Assembly: GCF_000283555.1 (NCBI RefSeq)
Contig: NC_016012.1
Span: forward strand, 1,483,557-1,515,556
Direction of reading: 5' to 3'
Source: Candidatus Arthromitus sp. SFB-rat-Yit
GTDB taxonomy: Bacteria; Bacillota; Clostridia; Clostridiales; Clostridiaceae
Length of the DNA: 32,000 nucleotides
Part shown: positions 1 to 10,030 of the stretch, piece after piece
Layout: each line of letters begins with the position of its first letter
How positions within the stretch are numbered: the first letter of the stretch is position 1
Notes under the pieces: generated by a model
Told to the model about the DNA's origin: nothing
The model's database searches: none
What the model saw: only the letters and a program-made list of their open reading frames with translations
Made by a program: the position numbers and the translations under genes

Positions 1-2
1 TT

Positions 3-173
3 GCACCTGTTTTAGATATATTTATATATTCAGAACCTACAAATAAAGTATTTATACAAGGAGCAATAGCATCACTTTTAAATATAATAACTGTAGGTAT
101 AGTTGGAACAGGCTTATTATCACTCTATGCTAAATCTATTGTTAAAAAAGGTAGCCTATCTAAAGAATCTTAA
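3..173 (+). CDS. C-terminal fragment of a membrane protein, probably ECF transporter S component (truncated by window start)
   Basis: Open frame from position 3 translating to ...[56 protein letters not shown], stop taa 171-173; hydrophobic tail and position directly upstream of ECF ATPase and T genes. Confidence 0.6.
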   Translation, partial: APVLDIFIYSEPTNKVFIQGAIASLLNIITVGIVGTGLLSLYAKSIVKKGSLSKES

Positions 174-206
174 AACAAAATTTCCAAATTTGAGGTAAAT
201 ACTTTA

Positions 207-1937
207 ATGAAAGAAAAATTAATCGAGTTTATAGACTTTAGTTTTAAATACAATTCTCAACAATCTTCAACACTTAAAAATATAAATCTTACTATTTATA
301 AAAATGAAAAAATATTAGTATTAGGTGAATCTGGATGTGGTAAAAGTACACTATTTAACTCTATAAATGGTCTTGTTCCGTTTTTTTATCAGGGAGAAAT
401 TTCTGGTAATTTGGAAATTAAAAATAAAAATACCAAAAATATGTCTATTTTTGAAATTTCAAAAAGCGTAGCTACAATACTTCAGGATACTGATAATCAA
501 TTTATAGCATTAACATCTGCAGAAGATATAGCTTTTAAGTTAGAAAACTTGTGTGTTAATCAAAAAGTTATGCACGAAAAAGTTAATAAAATATCTTCTC
601 TCATTGGTGTAAATGATTTTTTAAATTCAAATCCTCATAATCTATCTGGTGGACAAAAACAGAGGGTAACTCTAGGTGGAGTACTTGTAGATGATAGTGA
701 AATATTAATTTTTGATGAGCCTCTAGCAAATTTAGATCCAAAAACATCTGAAGAAACTATAAATTTAATTAATAAAATAACAGAGAAAACTCCTAAGACT
801 GTAATAATAATAGAACATAGACTTGAAGAGGTATTGAAACTTAATTTTGATAGAGTATTGTTAATGCATAATGGTTGCATAGTTTTTGATGGTGAAATGA
901 ATAAATTACTATGCTCTTCATTATTAAAAAAATATGGAATACGAGAGCCTTTATATTTAACAGCTCTAAAATATGCTGGATGTAATGTAGAAAAATATCC
1001 AAATGTTTTTGATATAAAAAATTTAGATATCTCACCATTTAAACATAATATTGAAACTTTTTACAATGATTTAAAATACTTCAATCCCCATAATATTATT
1101 GATTCATCCTCTCCATTATTAAGATGTGAGAATATAAATTTTAGTTATAATAATAAAAAAAATGTGTTAAATAACGTATCATTTGACGTTTATAAAAATG
1201 AATTATTATGTATCGTTGGTAAAAATGGTGCTGGAAAATCTACAATTTCAAAAATTATATGCGGTTTTTTAAAACCATCTTCTGGTAAAATATTATTTAA
1301 TAATAAAGATATAACAAATTCTACAATTTTTGAGCGCTCATCTTTAATTGGATATGTAATGCAAAATCCAAATCAAATGATAAGTCATAATTTATTATTT
1401 GATGAAGTAGCATTTACTCTTAAAAATATGAAATTGAATAAAAATGAGATAGAAACTAAAGTATATAATATATTGAAAATATGTGGTTTGTATGAATTTA
1501 GGAATTGGCCTATCTCTGCACTTAGTTTTGGTCAAAAAAGACGTGTAACAATAGCATCTATTTTAGTTAGTAATCCTAAAATACTTATTTTAGATGAACC
1601 AACAGCTGGGCAAGATTTTAATCATTATAATAAAGTAATGGAATTTATAAAGAGTTTGAAAAATCATGGTATAACTTCAATTATGATAACTCATGATATG
1701 AATTTGCTTATGGAATACGCAGATAGGTGCATTGTTATATCGGATGGTAAAAAAATAGGTGATGATATTCCTTCTAAAATTTTATCAAATGATGACATAA
1801 TTAAAAACGCAAACTTAAAGAAAACCTCATTACATAGTATTTCTGAAAAATTATCCTTAAATAATACTGAGATATTTATAAACAAATTTATAACTTATGA
1901 TAGGAGCACAAGAGATAAAAATGAAACTTGTTCTTGA
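207..1937 (+). CDS. Energy-coupling factor (ECF) transporter ATP-binding protein, two fused ABC ATPase domains
   Basis: Two Walker A motifs (GESGCGKST, GKNGAGKST), two signature motifs (LSGGQKQRV, LSFGQKRRV), two Walker B motifs (ILIFDEP, ILILDEP). 576 aa, YkoD/EcfA1A2-fusion-like. Confidence 0.93.
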   Translation: MKEKLIEFIDFSFKYNSQQSSTLKNINLTIYKNEKILVLGESGCGKSTLFNSINGLVPFFYQGEISGNLEIKNKNTKNMSIFEISKSVATILQDTDNQFIALTSAEDIAFKLENLCVNQKVMHEKVNKISSLIGVNDFLNSNPHNLSGGQKQRVTLGGVLVDDSEILIFDEPLANLDPKTSEETINLINKITEKTPKTVIIIEHRLEEVLKLNFDRVLLMHNGCIVFDGEMNKLLCSSLLKKYGIREPLYLTALKYAGCNVEKYPNVFDIKNLDISPFKHNIETFYNDLKYFNPHNIIDSSSPLLRCENINFSYNNKKNVLNNVSFDVYKNELLCIVGKNGAGKSTISKIICGFLKPSSGKILFNNKDITNSTIFERSSLIGYVMQNPNQMISHNLLFDEVAFTLKNMKLNKNEIETKVYNILKICGLYEFRNWPISALSFGQKRRVTIASILVSNPKILILDEPTAGQDFNHYNKVMEFIKSLKNHGITSIMITHDMNLLMEYADRCIVISDGKKIGDDIPSKILSNDDIIKNANLKKTSLHSISEKLSLNNTEIFINKFITYDRSTRDKNETCS

Positions 1938-2748
1938 ATATATAGATAAGAATTCATTTATTCATAACTTAACAGGCGCAACTAAATTAATATGTTTTAT
2001 ACTTTGGTGTACTATAACAATAATAACATACGATACAAGATTACTAATTTCCTTACTAATCTTAAGTTTATTTTTATTTAAAATATCGAAGATAAAATTT
2101 AAAGATATTTCTTTGATAATAATATTTATACTAATATTTCTCTTATTAAATAATATACTCATATACATCTTTGGTCCTAATACAGGGTCAGAAATATATG
2201 GAACTAAAACTATTTTATTAAATTTTAATAACTCATATTCAGTTACTGCTGAGCAGATTTTTTATCAATTTAATATTACGCTAAAATATTTTAGTGTAAT
2301 ACCTATTTCTTTATTATTTATATTAACAACAAACCCGAGCGAATTTGCTGCATCATTAAATAAAATAGGTATAAATTATAAAATTTCATATTCTATATCA
2401 TTAGCTCTCAGGTATATACCAGATATAATAGAGGATTATAAAAATGTGTCTTTATCTAAACAAGCTCGTGGAATTGATATGTCTAAAAACGAAAAACTAA
2501 TTGTTAGAATGAAAAATATGTTCCTTATAATTATACCTATAATATTTTCAAGCCTTAATCGTATAGATAAGATTTCATGCGCAATGGAACTTAGAGGATT
2601 TGGATATAACAAAAAACGTACATGGTACAATCAGAAAAAATTCAAAAAAAATGATATACTCTCAATATTATTTTTTATAATTTTAAATTTAATATCAATA
2701 TATTTATTCCATACAAATAATGGTCGATTTTTTAATCCATTTAAATAG
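1921..2748 (+). CDS. ECF transporter transmembrane component (EcfT family)
   Basis: Polytopic membrane protein with EcfT-type motifs (...ALRYIPDIIEDYKNVSLSKQARGID..., ...AMELRGFG...). ORF track starts at 1897; ATG at 1921 preceded by AGGAG is also possible. Overlaps the ATPase gene. Confidence 0.85.
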   Translation: MKLVLEYIDKNSFIHNLTGATKLICFILWCTITIITYDTRLLISLLILSLFLFKISKIKFKDISLIIIFILIFLLLNNILIYIFGPNTGSEIYGTKTILLNFNNSYSVTAEQIFYQFNITLKYFSVIPISLLFILTTNPSEFAASLNKIGINYKISYSISLALRYIPDIIEDYKNVSLSKQARGIDMSKNEKLIVRMKNMFLIIIPIIFSSLNRIDKISCAMELRGFGYNKKRTWYNQKKFKKNDILSILFFIILNLISIYLFHTNNGRFFNPFK

Positions 2749-2785
2749 AAGGGGGAAGATGTTATCATCTTCCCCCTTCTATTTA
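2742..2785. terminator. Bidirectional terminator hairpin between convergent genes
   Basis: taaatagaagggggaagatg-TTAT-catcttcccccttctattta, 20-bp perfect arms, 4-nt loop; stop codons of both flanking genes lie in the stem. Confidence 0.85.
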
Positions 2786-2985
2786 TTAGCTGCCTCTATA
2801 AGTTCAATAATTTTACTTCTGCATCTAGCACCTTTACATCCGCCTCCAGTTGCACCTGTCATTTCCTTTATCTTATCGATAGTATTAGCACCATCTTTTA
2901 TACACTCATTAATAGTAAATTTATCAATTCCTTTACACAAACATATCTTTGTCATTTTATCTTTTATGATATTATCTTTATCCAT
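2779..2985 (-). CDS. BFD-like [2Fe-2S]-binding small protein
   Basis: MDKDNIIKDKMTKICLCKGIDKFTINECIKDGANTIDKIKEMTGATGGGCKGARCRSKIIELIEAANK: CxC...Cx4C BFD-type cysteine pattern; RBS gagaggtgg upstream of ATG at 2985. Confidence 0.8.
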   Translation of the reverse strand: MDKDNIIKDKMTKICLCKGIDKFTINECIKDGANTIDKIKEMTGATGGGCKGARCRSKIIELIEAANK

Positions 2986-3086
2986 TGATTTACCACCTCT
3001 CAAATATTATACACTTTATTAAGTATACATTTCAATGTATAATATACTATATAGTATTTAGTATTTTTCATTCTAGCTTAATAATT

Positions 3087-5084
3087 ATGATTAACAATTT
3101 AAATAATAATGAAAAATATAATAATAAACTTATAGTTCAATATGTTATAACTTGTCTATTATTTTTTATTCTAATTGAAATAATCCATAGACAAGATTTT
3201 AATGCTATATATATGTTTTTAAAATCAAACACTATATATACAAATTTATATTTAATACTATTTTTTATATTTTCAAGTTTATATACGTTTGTATTTAAAA
3301 AACCCCTTATATTTTGTGCAATGCACTATAGTTTATGGTGTTTTATAGCATTCATAAGTAATATAAATATTTATTTTAAAGGTACCCCTCTAATTTTTGA
3401 AGATTTATTCCTAGTAAATGAAGCTACTGATATTATTTTAAAATATTTAAATTTTAAACTTATAACTAATATATTAATCTTAATTATTTTATTATCTATT
3501 ATATTTATAATTTTAATAAAACTATCTAAAAATATTAAATTTAAATTATTTAATTTTAAACATTCATATTTAAATTTCATACTATATCCATTTTTTATAT
3601 GGTTTTATCTATTCTCTATGGATAAACTTTATAATTATGGTAAATCTATTACATATGCCTTAAGTGATTTTAATTTATCGGATACATATTTAAAAAATGG
3701 ATTTCTACACTCATTTTATAATTCAACTAACTTGTTTTTTTTAAATAATACAAATTTTAATTATGATATAGATAAAGTCCTCAAACTTAAAAATATATTA
3801 AATAACCATTATTATAATTCTAAGGATCCAAATCTTAATATAATTGTAATTCAATTAGAATCATTATTTGACCCACTTAAGTTAAAAAATACAAAATTCT
3901 CTAGTGATCCACTTAAAAATTTGAGGAATTTATCAAAAACAAATGAGAGTGGAGAAATAATAGTTCCAGTTTTAGGTGGTGGAACAATACAAACAGAATT
4001 TGAAATACTTACAGGCATTAACATGAAAAATCTTTATACCAAAATGCCCTACTTAAATATACTAAATAAAAATCAAGTGGAAAGTATTCCTTATATATTA
4101 AAAAATTCTGGATATGCAACAACAGCCTTACACAATTATTTTTCAACATTTTACAATCGTACTAAAGCTTATGAAAATCTCGGATTTGATACATTTATAC
4201 CTATTGAATCTATTTCGTCAAGAGAAACTAGCAAAAATTTTTGGTATAAAGATAATCTTTTAATAAATGAAATTATAACTAAAATTAAAAATACTCCTGA
4301 GAAAGATTTTATATTTGGTGTAGCTGTAGAATCCCATGGCCCATATAATACGCCAATAGATGGAGATATTGTAGTAAAAAATGATTTACTTAATGAACAG
4401 GAATTACTAGAACTCCAAAATTATGCAAATATTATTAAACATGTAGATGATTTTATTCTTAATTTAGTAAATGAACTCAATAATATAGATGAAGAATACG
4501 TTCTGATATTTTATAGCGATCATCTACCTTCTCTTGGAGAAAATCATAGTACATTATCTTTATTAGATAGTGTAGATTTATTTAAAACTCCTTATTTAAT
4601 AATTGAATCAAATAATAATAATTCGATATCTATTGAGAATGAAGAAATTCATTCTTATGAATTTCTTCATGAAATTTTTTCAGATTTAAATATAAATTCT
4701 ACTATATATCATAAATTAAGGACAATTTTAAAACAAGATCAGAATTATGATGATTACGAAAAGCAGTTAATATTGGATATAAAAAAACAAAACATATATG
4801 AAGATAATAAATTTCCTTACGAAAAATCCACTATAAAAATAGGTAATAAACCTCAAATTATAGAAAATGTTAATATATCTGAGAATGAAATTTTAATAAT
4901 TGGAAGTGGTTTTACTGAAAATTCAAAGATTCTAGTCAATGGTATAAAAATTGATACCCAATATATATCTCCTAATTGTCTAAAATCTGTAAATTACACT
5001 ACCAATAATGATGATATATTTTTAGTTGTATTATTTTCAAATAAAAATTCTCCTTTAGATATCAGTAATAAATTTATATTTTAA
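3087..5084 (+). CDS. LTA synthase-like membrane sulfatase family protein
   Basis: N-terminal TM segments; sulfatase motifs (IVVIQLESLFDP, GGGTIQTEFEILTG, VAVESHGPYNTP, LIFYSDHLPSLGENH); C-terminal beta-rich tail. ORF opens at 2985 but the first M with soluble-like context is at 3087; true start uncertain. Confidence 0.85.
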   Translation: MINNLNNNEKYNNKLIVQYVITCLLFFILIEIIHRQDFNAIYMFLKSNTIYTNLYLILFFIFSSLYTFVFKKPLIFCAMHYSLWCFIAFISNINIYFKGTPLIFEDLFLVNEATDIILKYLNFKLITNILILIILLSIIFIILIKLSKNIKFKLFNFKHSYLNFILYPFFIWFYLFSMDKLYNYGKSITYALSDFNLSDTYLKNGFLHSFYNSTNLFFLNNTNFNYDIDKVLKLKNILNNHYYNSKDPNLNIIVIQLESLFDPLKLKNTKFSSDPLKNLRNLSKTNESGEIIVPVLGGGTIQTEFEILTGINMKNLYTKMPYLNILNKNQVESIPYILKNSGYATTALHNYFSTFYNRTKAYENLGFDTFIPIESISSRETSKNFWYKDNLLINEIITKIKNTPEKDFIFGVAVESHGPYNTPIDGDIVVKNDLLNEQELLELQNYANIIKHVDDFILNLVNELNNIDEEYVLIFYSDHLPSLGENHSTLSLLDSVDLFKTPYLIIESNNNNSISIENEEIHSYEFLHEIFSDLNINSTIYHKLRTILKQDQNYDDYEKQLILDIKKQNIYEDNKFPYEKSTIKIGNKPQIIENVNISENEILIIGSGFTENSKILVNGIKIDTQYISPNCLKSVNYTTNNDDIFLVVLFSNKNSPLDISNKFIF

Positions 5085-5110
5085 AAATAAATGAAAGGAT
5101 AAATAAAATA

Positions 5111-6673
5111 ATGAAAAATACCTACTATATAACAACACCTATATATTATGCCTCAGGAAATTTACATATTGGACATACATATACGACAATAATGAGTGAT
5201 TCAATAGCTAGATTCAAAAGACTTCAGGGATATAATGTAAAATTTTTAACAGGAACTGACGAACATGGACTAAAAATACAACAAAATGCTGAAAAAGCTT
5301 CAAAAAATCCTAAAGAATATGTTAATGAAATAGTTGAAAAAATTAAGTTTCTTTGGGAATTGTTTAATATAGATTATGACATATTTATAAGAACAACTGA
5401 TGACTATCATATAGAAACTGTTCAAAATATATTTGAAAATTTATACAAGAATGGAGATATCTACAAAGGTACATATAAAGGACATTATTGTATACCTTGT
5501 GAATCATTTTTAACAGAAACTCAGTTAATTGATAATAAATGTCCAGACTGTAAACGTGATGTAATTATACAAAAAGAGGATGCTTATTTTTTCAAAATCA
5601 GTAAATATGCTGATAAATTATTAAAACACATAGAAGAAAATCCATTATTTATTCAACCAGAATCACGAAAGAATGAAATGATAAATAACTTTATAAAACC
5701 TGGACTTCAAGATTTATGTGTTTCTAGAACTAGTTTGAAATGGGGAATACCTGTAAAATTTGACAGCGATCACGTTGTTTATGTGTGGATAGATGCTCTA
5801 TCAAATTACATATCTGCCTTAGGTTATAGAAATAATAGGGAAAATCTTATGGATTCTTTTTGGCCTGCTGATCTTCATGTTGTTGGAAAAGAGATAGTTA
5901 GATTTCATGTAATTTATTGGCCCATTATGTTATTTGCGCTTAATCTTCCTCTTCCAAAACAGGTATTTGGTCATGGATGGCTTCTTATAAATGGAAATAA
6001 AATGTCTAAATCTCAAGGTAGTGTAATTGATCCTATTATTTTATCAAAACATTTTTCAATTGATTCTATAAGATATTTCCTTTTACGTGAGGTTAATTTT
6101 GGAAATGACGGTGTATTTAATAATGAATTGTTTATGATGAAAGTGAATAGTGACTTGTCTAATTTATTAGGTAATCTTATATCAAGAACCATATCTATGG
6201 TAATAAAATATTTTAACGGCGTTATTCCTAATCAAACTGAAATATTGAATGATGATATGGAACTTATAAATTCAGTTAAAAATTTAAAGGATAAAGTTAC
6301 TTCATACATGGATCAATTAAAAATATCAAATGCATTATCTGAAATATTTAATTGTATAAGCCTATCAAATAAATATATAGATGAAACTAAACCATGGATT
6401 CTTGGCGGAGATAAAAATTCTATAGATAGACTTAAAACTGTTTTATACAATTTATGTGAATCTATACGTGTGTTTTCAATTCTTCTATCTCCATTTATGC
6501 CAAATACATCAAAAGAAATAAAATGTAAACTAAATTATGAAATCGACTCCTTCGATTCAATTTCAGAATTTAATGGAACAAAAGCTGGAACTATAGTTCA
6601 AAAAGGAGAAAATTTATTCCCAAGAATAAATATTGAAGAAAAATTAAAAGAACTTTTAAACAAATACATTTAA
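5111..6673 (+). CDS. metG: Methionyl-tRNA synthetase
   Basis: TTPIYYASGNLHIGHTYT (HIGH), GNKMSKSQGSV (KMSKS), one CxxC...CxxC zinc knuckle (CIPCES...CPDCKRD). 520 aa. Confidence 0.97.
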   Translation: MKNTYYITTPIYYASGNLHIGHTYTTIMSDSIARFKRLQGYNVKFLTGTDEHGLKIQQNAEKASKNPKEYVNEIVEKIKFLWELFNIDYDIFIRTTDDYHIETVQNIFENLYKNGDIYKGTYKGHYCIPCESFLTETQLIDNKCPDCKRDVIIQKEDAYFFKISKYADKLLKHIEENPLFIQPESRKNEMINNFIKPGLQDLCVSRTSLKWGIPVKFDSDHVVYVWIDALSNYISALGYRNNRENLMDSFWPADLHVVGKEIVRFHVIYWPIMLFALNLPLPKQVFGHGWLLINGNKMSKSQGSVIDPIILSKHFSIDSIRYFLLREVNFGNDGVFNNELFMMKVNSDLSNLLGNLISRTISMVIKYFNGVIPNQTEILNDDMELINSVKNLKDKVTSYMDQLKISNALSEIFNCISLSNKYIDETKPWILGGDKNSIDRLKTVLYNLCESIRVFSILLSPFMPNTSKEIKCKLNYEIDSFDSISEFNGTKAGTIVQKGENLFPRINIEEKLKELLNKYI

Positions 6674-6713
6674 AGGCAAATAGAATTCTATTTGCCTTTA
6701 AATGTATTTGTTT
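6658..6713. terminator. 56-bp perfect palindrome (probable metG terminator)
   Basis: aaacaaatacatttaaaggcaaatagaa|ttctatttgcctttaaatgtatttgttt; 28-bp arms, no spacer, includes metG stop codon. Confidence 0.75.
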
Positions 6714-6929
6714 GGATAATACTATACAATTATATATATATTTTACATTACTTAATTAAGAATTTTAAAACAAATTTTAAACAATACTATATGTGTTAAT
6801 AATATATATATCCTATATTTTTAATATTTTAATAAATGCCTTTAAAGCCTTGAAATATATACTTATTAAAACTAAAATATTCTTATTATAATTTATAATG
6901 TAAATTATTTATTTTACGGAGGTATTTAA

Positions 6930-7373
6930 ATGAAAGTTATACTCACTAATGACATTAAAAATGTAGGAAAAAAAAATGATTTAATTGAAGTATCGGATGG
7001 ATATGCAAGAAATTTCTTATTTCCTAAAAAATTAGCCATAGAAGCTAATGATGCAAATTTAAATACATTAAATTACAACAAGGAAATAGAACGTCAAGAA
7101 CGCATCAAAAAAATTGAAGAATTTCAAGAAATAGCAAATAAATTAAGAGGAAAAGAAATTATAATTACTACAAAGCTTGGTACTAACGGAAAACTATTTG
7201 GATCAATAACATCTAAAGATATTTGTAATAAAATAAATTCACAATTCAAATTAAATATAGACAAAAAGAAAATATCATTTGAACAAATTAAATCTTTAGG
7301 AAATTATCCAATCTCAATAAAATTATGCCCAGAGGTTTCAGTTAATATGGTACTAAAAGTTACTAGCGACTAA
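6930..7373 (+). CDS. rplI: 50S ribosomal protein L9
   Basis: MKVILTNDIKNVGKKNDLIEVSDGYARNFLFPKKLAIEA, classical L9 N-terminus; RBS ggagg. Confidence 0.97.
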   Translation: MKVILTNDIKNVGKKNDLIEVSDGYARNFLFPKKLAIEANDANLNTLNYNKEIERQERIKKIEEFQEIANKLRGKEIIITTKLGTNGKLFGSITSKDICNKINSQFKLNIDKKKISFEQIKSLGNYPISIKLCPEVSVNMVLKVTSD

Positions 7374-7420
7374 TTTTAAAACTTGATTTATATTTTATTA
7401 AGTACTAAGGGGGAGAGAAT

Positions 7421-9337
7421 TTGAATTCTGATGTTACAATCGATGAAATTGAGAAATTAATTGAAGAAAGTAATAACATTGAGTTTAGAGTCAATGTTTT
7501 ATATGAAATGCTTGAAAAATTATTTGACAAAAATATTATAAATGATAGAATTTCTAAATTTAAATTACCAAAATATATTTCAAGTAAAAATGTTAATGAA
7601 AAACTCTATAGTATAAATGTAATTGCTAGCAATGGAAAATCATTAGTTGAGGTTCCTTCTGATAACGATTTAGAAAAAATTTATTTAATTACTAAAAATA
7701 TAATAGTTGAAGAAATTAGCCGTAGATATATTCAAAGTAAAATTGAAAATGAAGTTGAAAATATATTAAATGAAAAACAAGATAAATATATTGATGAAAT
7801 CAAACTACAAATTATCAAAAAAAATAAAGGTCCTGAAAATACTAAAACACTCAAAAAGTATGCTCAGCTTGAAATGTTAAACAAAAAACAATTAAATAAA
7901 AATATACAGCATCTTTTAAGACCTAAATCTTTTTGTGAAATACTTGGGCAAAATCGTCCAATTAAATCATTAATTTCCAAACTTGTTTCTGAATATCCTC
8001 AACATATTTTAATTTATGGCCCACCTGGAGTTGGCAAAACTTCTGCAGCTAGACTTGCATTAGAAGAAGCTAAAAAATTTGATTTTACACCATTTAATGA
8101 AAAATCAAAATTCATAGAGGTAAATGGAACAACATTAAGATGGGATCCAAGAGAAGTTACAAATCCTCTGCTCGGTTCTGTTCATGATCCAATTTATCAA
8201 GGAAGTAAAAAAGATTTAGCTGAAATAGGAATACCTGAACCAAAACCAGGACTTGTTACAGAGGCACATGGTGGAATTTTATTTATAGATGAAATTGGTG
8301 AACTTGATTTAATATTGCAAAACAAATTATTAAAGGTTCTTGAAGATAAAAAAGTAGAATTTTCATCAGCATATTATGATCCAGATGATGAAAACATACC
8401 TAAGTATATAAAATTTTTATTTGATAATGGCGCTCCTGCAGATTTCATATTAATAGGTGCTACTACCCGTGAACCTCACGAAATAAATCCTGCTCTTAGA
8501 TCTAGATGTACAGAAATATTTTTTGAACCTCTCACATCAAATGATATAGATAAAATTGTAATAAATTCTGCTGAAAAATTAAATATAAAATTAGAGGATG
8601 GTGTTCCATCATTAATAAGTGAACATTGTATAGAGGGGAGAAAAGCAACTGGAATAGTAAGTGATGCTTATAGTTATACACTATATAAGGAAAATAAAAA
8701 TTCAGATATTATAATAACAAAAGATATAGTAAAAGAGGTTTTATCATTATCCCGTATTACTCCATTTATAAATAAAGATGAAATAAAAAATCCACAAATT
8801 GGTTTAATAAAAGGACTTGGAGTTAATGGATTTTTAGGTTCAATTTTAAATTTTGAATGTGAAACATTCAAGGCTAAAAAATCTTCAAAAGGTAAATTTA
8901 GGTTTAATGAAACTGCAGGATCTATGGCAAAGGATTCAGTGTTTAATGCATCAACCGTTATACGAAAACTTACTGGAATTGATTTAAGTGACTATGATAT
9001 ACATTTGAATGCTATAGGTGGTGGAAAAATTGATGGTCCATCTGCAGGATCTGCAATAACTATATGTATATTAAGCTCTATTTTAAACAAACCGATAATT
9101 CAAGATGTAGCTATAACAGGCGAAATCTCAATAAAAGGATCTATTAAAAAAGTCGGAGGCATATTTGAAAAAATTTATGCTGCTAGACGAAATGGTTTGA
9201 ATCATGTAATAATACCAAAAGAAAATAAAAATGATGTTCCTAAAGATATCGATGATATTAACATTATCTATGTAAATAATATAAATGATGTTATAAAATT
9301 TATATTTAAAGATACTTCATTAATTAATAGTATTTAA
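7421..9337 (+). CDS. lonC: ATP-dependent Lon-family protease (LonC/LonB-like)
   Basis: Walker A GPPGVGKTS, GGILFIDEIGEL, GATTREPHEINPALRSRC, proteolytic Ser in GGGKIDGPSAGSA and Lys in TGEISIKGSIKKVGG; follows rplI and precedes dnaB region. Confidence 0.9.
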   Translation: MNSDVTIDEIEKLIEESNNIEFRVNVLYEMLEKLFDKNIINDRISKFKLPKYISSKNVNEKLYSINVIASNGKSLVEVPSDNDLEKIYLITKNIIVEEISRRYIQSKIENEVENILNEKQDKYIDEIKLQIIKKNKGPENTKTLKKYAQLEMLNKKQLNKNIQHLLRPKSFCEILGQNRPIKSLISKLVSEYPQHILIYGPPGVGKTSAARLALEEAKKFDFTPFNEKSKFIEVNGTTLRWDPREVTNPLLGSVHDPIYQGSKKDLAEIGIPEPKPGLVTEAHGGILFIDEIGELDLILQNKLLKVLEDKKVEFSSAYYDPDDENIPKYIKFLFDNGAPADFILIGATTREPHEINPALRSRCTEIFFEPLTSNDIDKIVINSAEKLNIKLEDGVPSLISEHCIEGRKATGIVSDAYSYTLYKENKNSDIIITKDIVKEVLSLSRITPFINKDEIKNPQIGLIKGLGVNGFLGSILNFECETFKAKKSSKGKFRFNETAGSMAKDSVFNASTVIRKLTGIDLSDYDIHLNAIGGGKIDGPSAGSAITICILSSILNKPIIQDVAITGEISIKGSIKKVGGIFEKIYAARRNGLNHVIIPKENKNDVPKDIDDINIIYVNNINDVIKFIFKDTSLINSI

Positions 9338-9340
9338 GGT

Positions 9341-9883
9341 TTAAAAATTTGGAGGAGTACTTACCCAGATGACACATGCCTCAACATGTTTAGATGTATT
9401 TTCTATATAGTGATCTGTTTCTGGTGAAAAATAAAAGGACTCTCCTTTTTTTACCCTTATCTTCCTACTTCCTAAATTTAAATAAATACTCCCTGAAATA
9501 ACATATCCAAATTCTTCACCTTCATGTGGATTTTCTTTAAATGTTTTTCCCCCACCTTGTAAATATACCATAATAGGCTCCATTCTGTTTTTCTGTGAAT
9601 TAGGTACAATCCAGTATATATCATGTTTCAATTCATTATTATTAGTTACAAAAAAATCATTCTTACTAAAACAAATCTTCTCATTATATTCTTCACTAAA
9701 AAATTCCTTTAAATTTGTTCCTAAGCATTCCAAAATATCCACAAGAGTAGCTATTGAAGGAGATGTCAAATCTCTCTCTAATTGAGATATAAATCCTTTA
9801 GACAATTCACTTCTATCTGCTAATTCCTCTTGAGTAAGACCATTTTTAATTCTTAAAAATTTTATTTTTTTCCCGATCTTCAT
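9341..9883 (-). CDS. XRE-family transcriptional regulator with C-terminal cupin domain
   Basis: MKIGKKIKFLRIKNGLTQEELADRSELSKGFISQLERDLTSPSIATLVDIL (HTH_3) plus cupin EEFGYVISGSIYLNLGSRKIRVKKGESFYFSPETDHYIEN. Confidence 0.93.
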   Translation of the reverse strand: MKIGKKIKFLRIKNGLTQEELADRSELSKGFISQLERDLTSPSIATLVDILECLGTNLKEFFSEEYNEKICFSKNDFFVTNNNELKHDIYWIVPNSQKNRMEPIMVYLQGGGKTFKENPHEGEEFGYVISGSIYLNLGSRKIRVKKGESFYFSPETDHYIENTSKHVEACVIWVSTPPNF

Positions 9884-9912
9884 TACAAACTCCATATAAA
9901 AATTAATAAATA

Positions 9913-9929
9913 TTAAACTTAAAGTTTAA
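9913..9929. promoter_or_regulatory. Candidate operator inverted repeat in XRE/dnaB divergent region
   Basis: TTAAACTT-A-AAGTTTAA, 8-bp arms with 1-nt centre, about 30 bp upstream of the regulator start. Confidence 0.4.
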
Positions 9930-10030
9930 AATAGTAAACTAATTATAATTTAACATTATTTTATTTGTCAATTATACTAATTACCTTCTATAATATAATA
10001 ATAAAATATTTTATGTAAGGAACTAATTTT

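Noticed and set aside
635-1038. Minus-strand ORFs 635-880 and 841-1038
   Set aside because: Antisense to the ECF ATPase gene; low-complexity translations without RBS or domain support.
1691-3022. ORFs 1691-1885(-), 1962-2168(-), 2436-2630(-), 2720-3022(+)
   Set aside because: Overlap well-supported genes in antisense; no motifs.
6714-6929. AT-rich gap between metG and rplI as a possible structured ncRNA or T-box
   Set aside because: Apart from the 56-bp palindrome I see no T-box or riboswitch-like conserved motif, only A/T-rich sequence and an rplI RBS.
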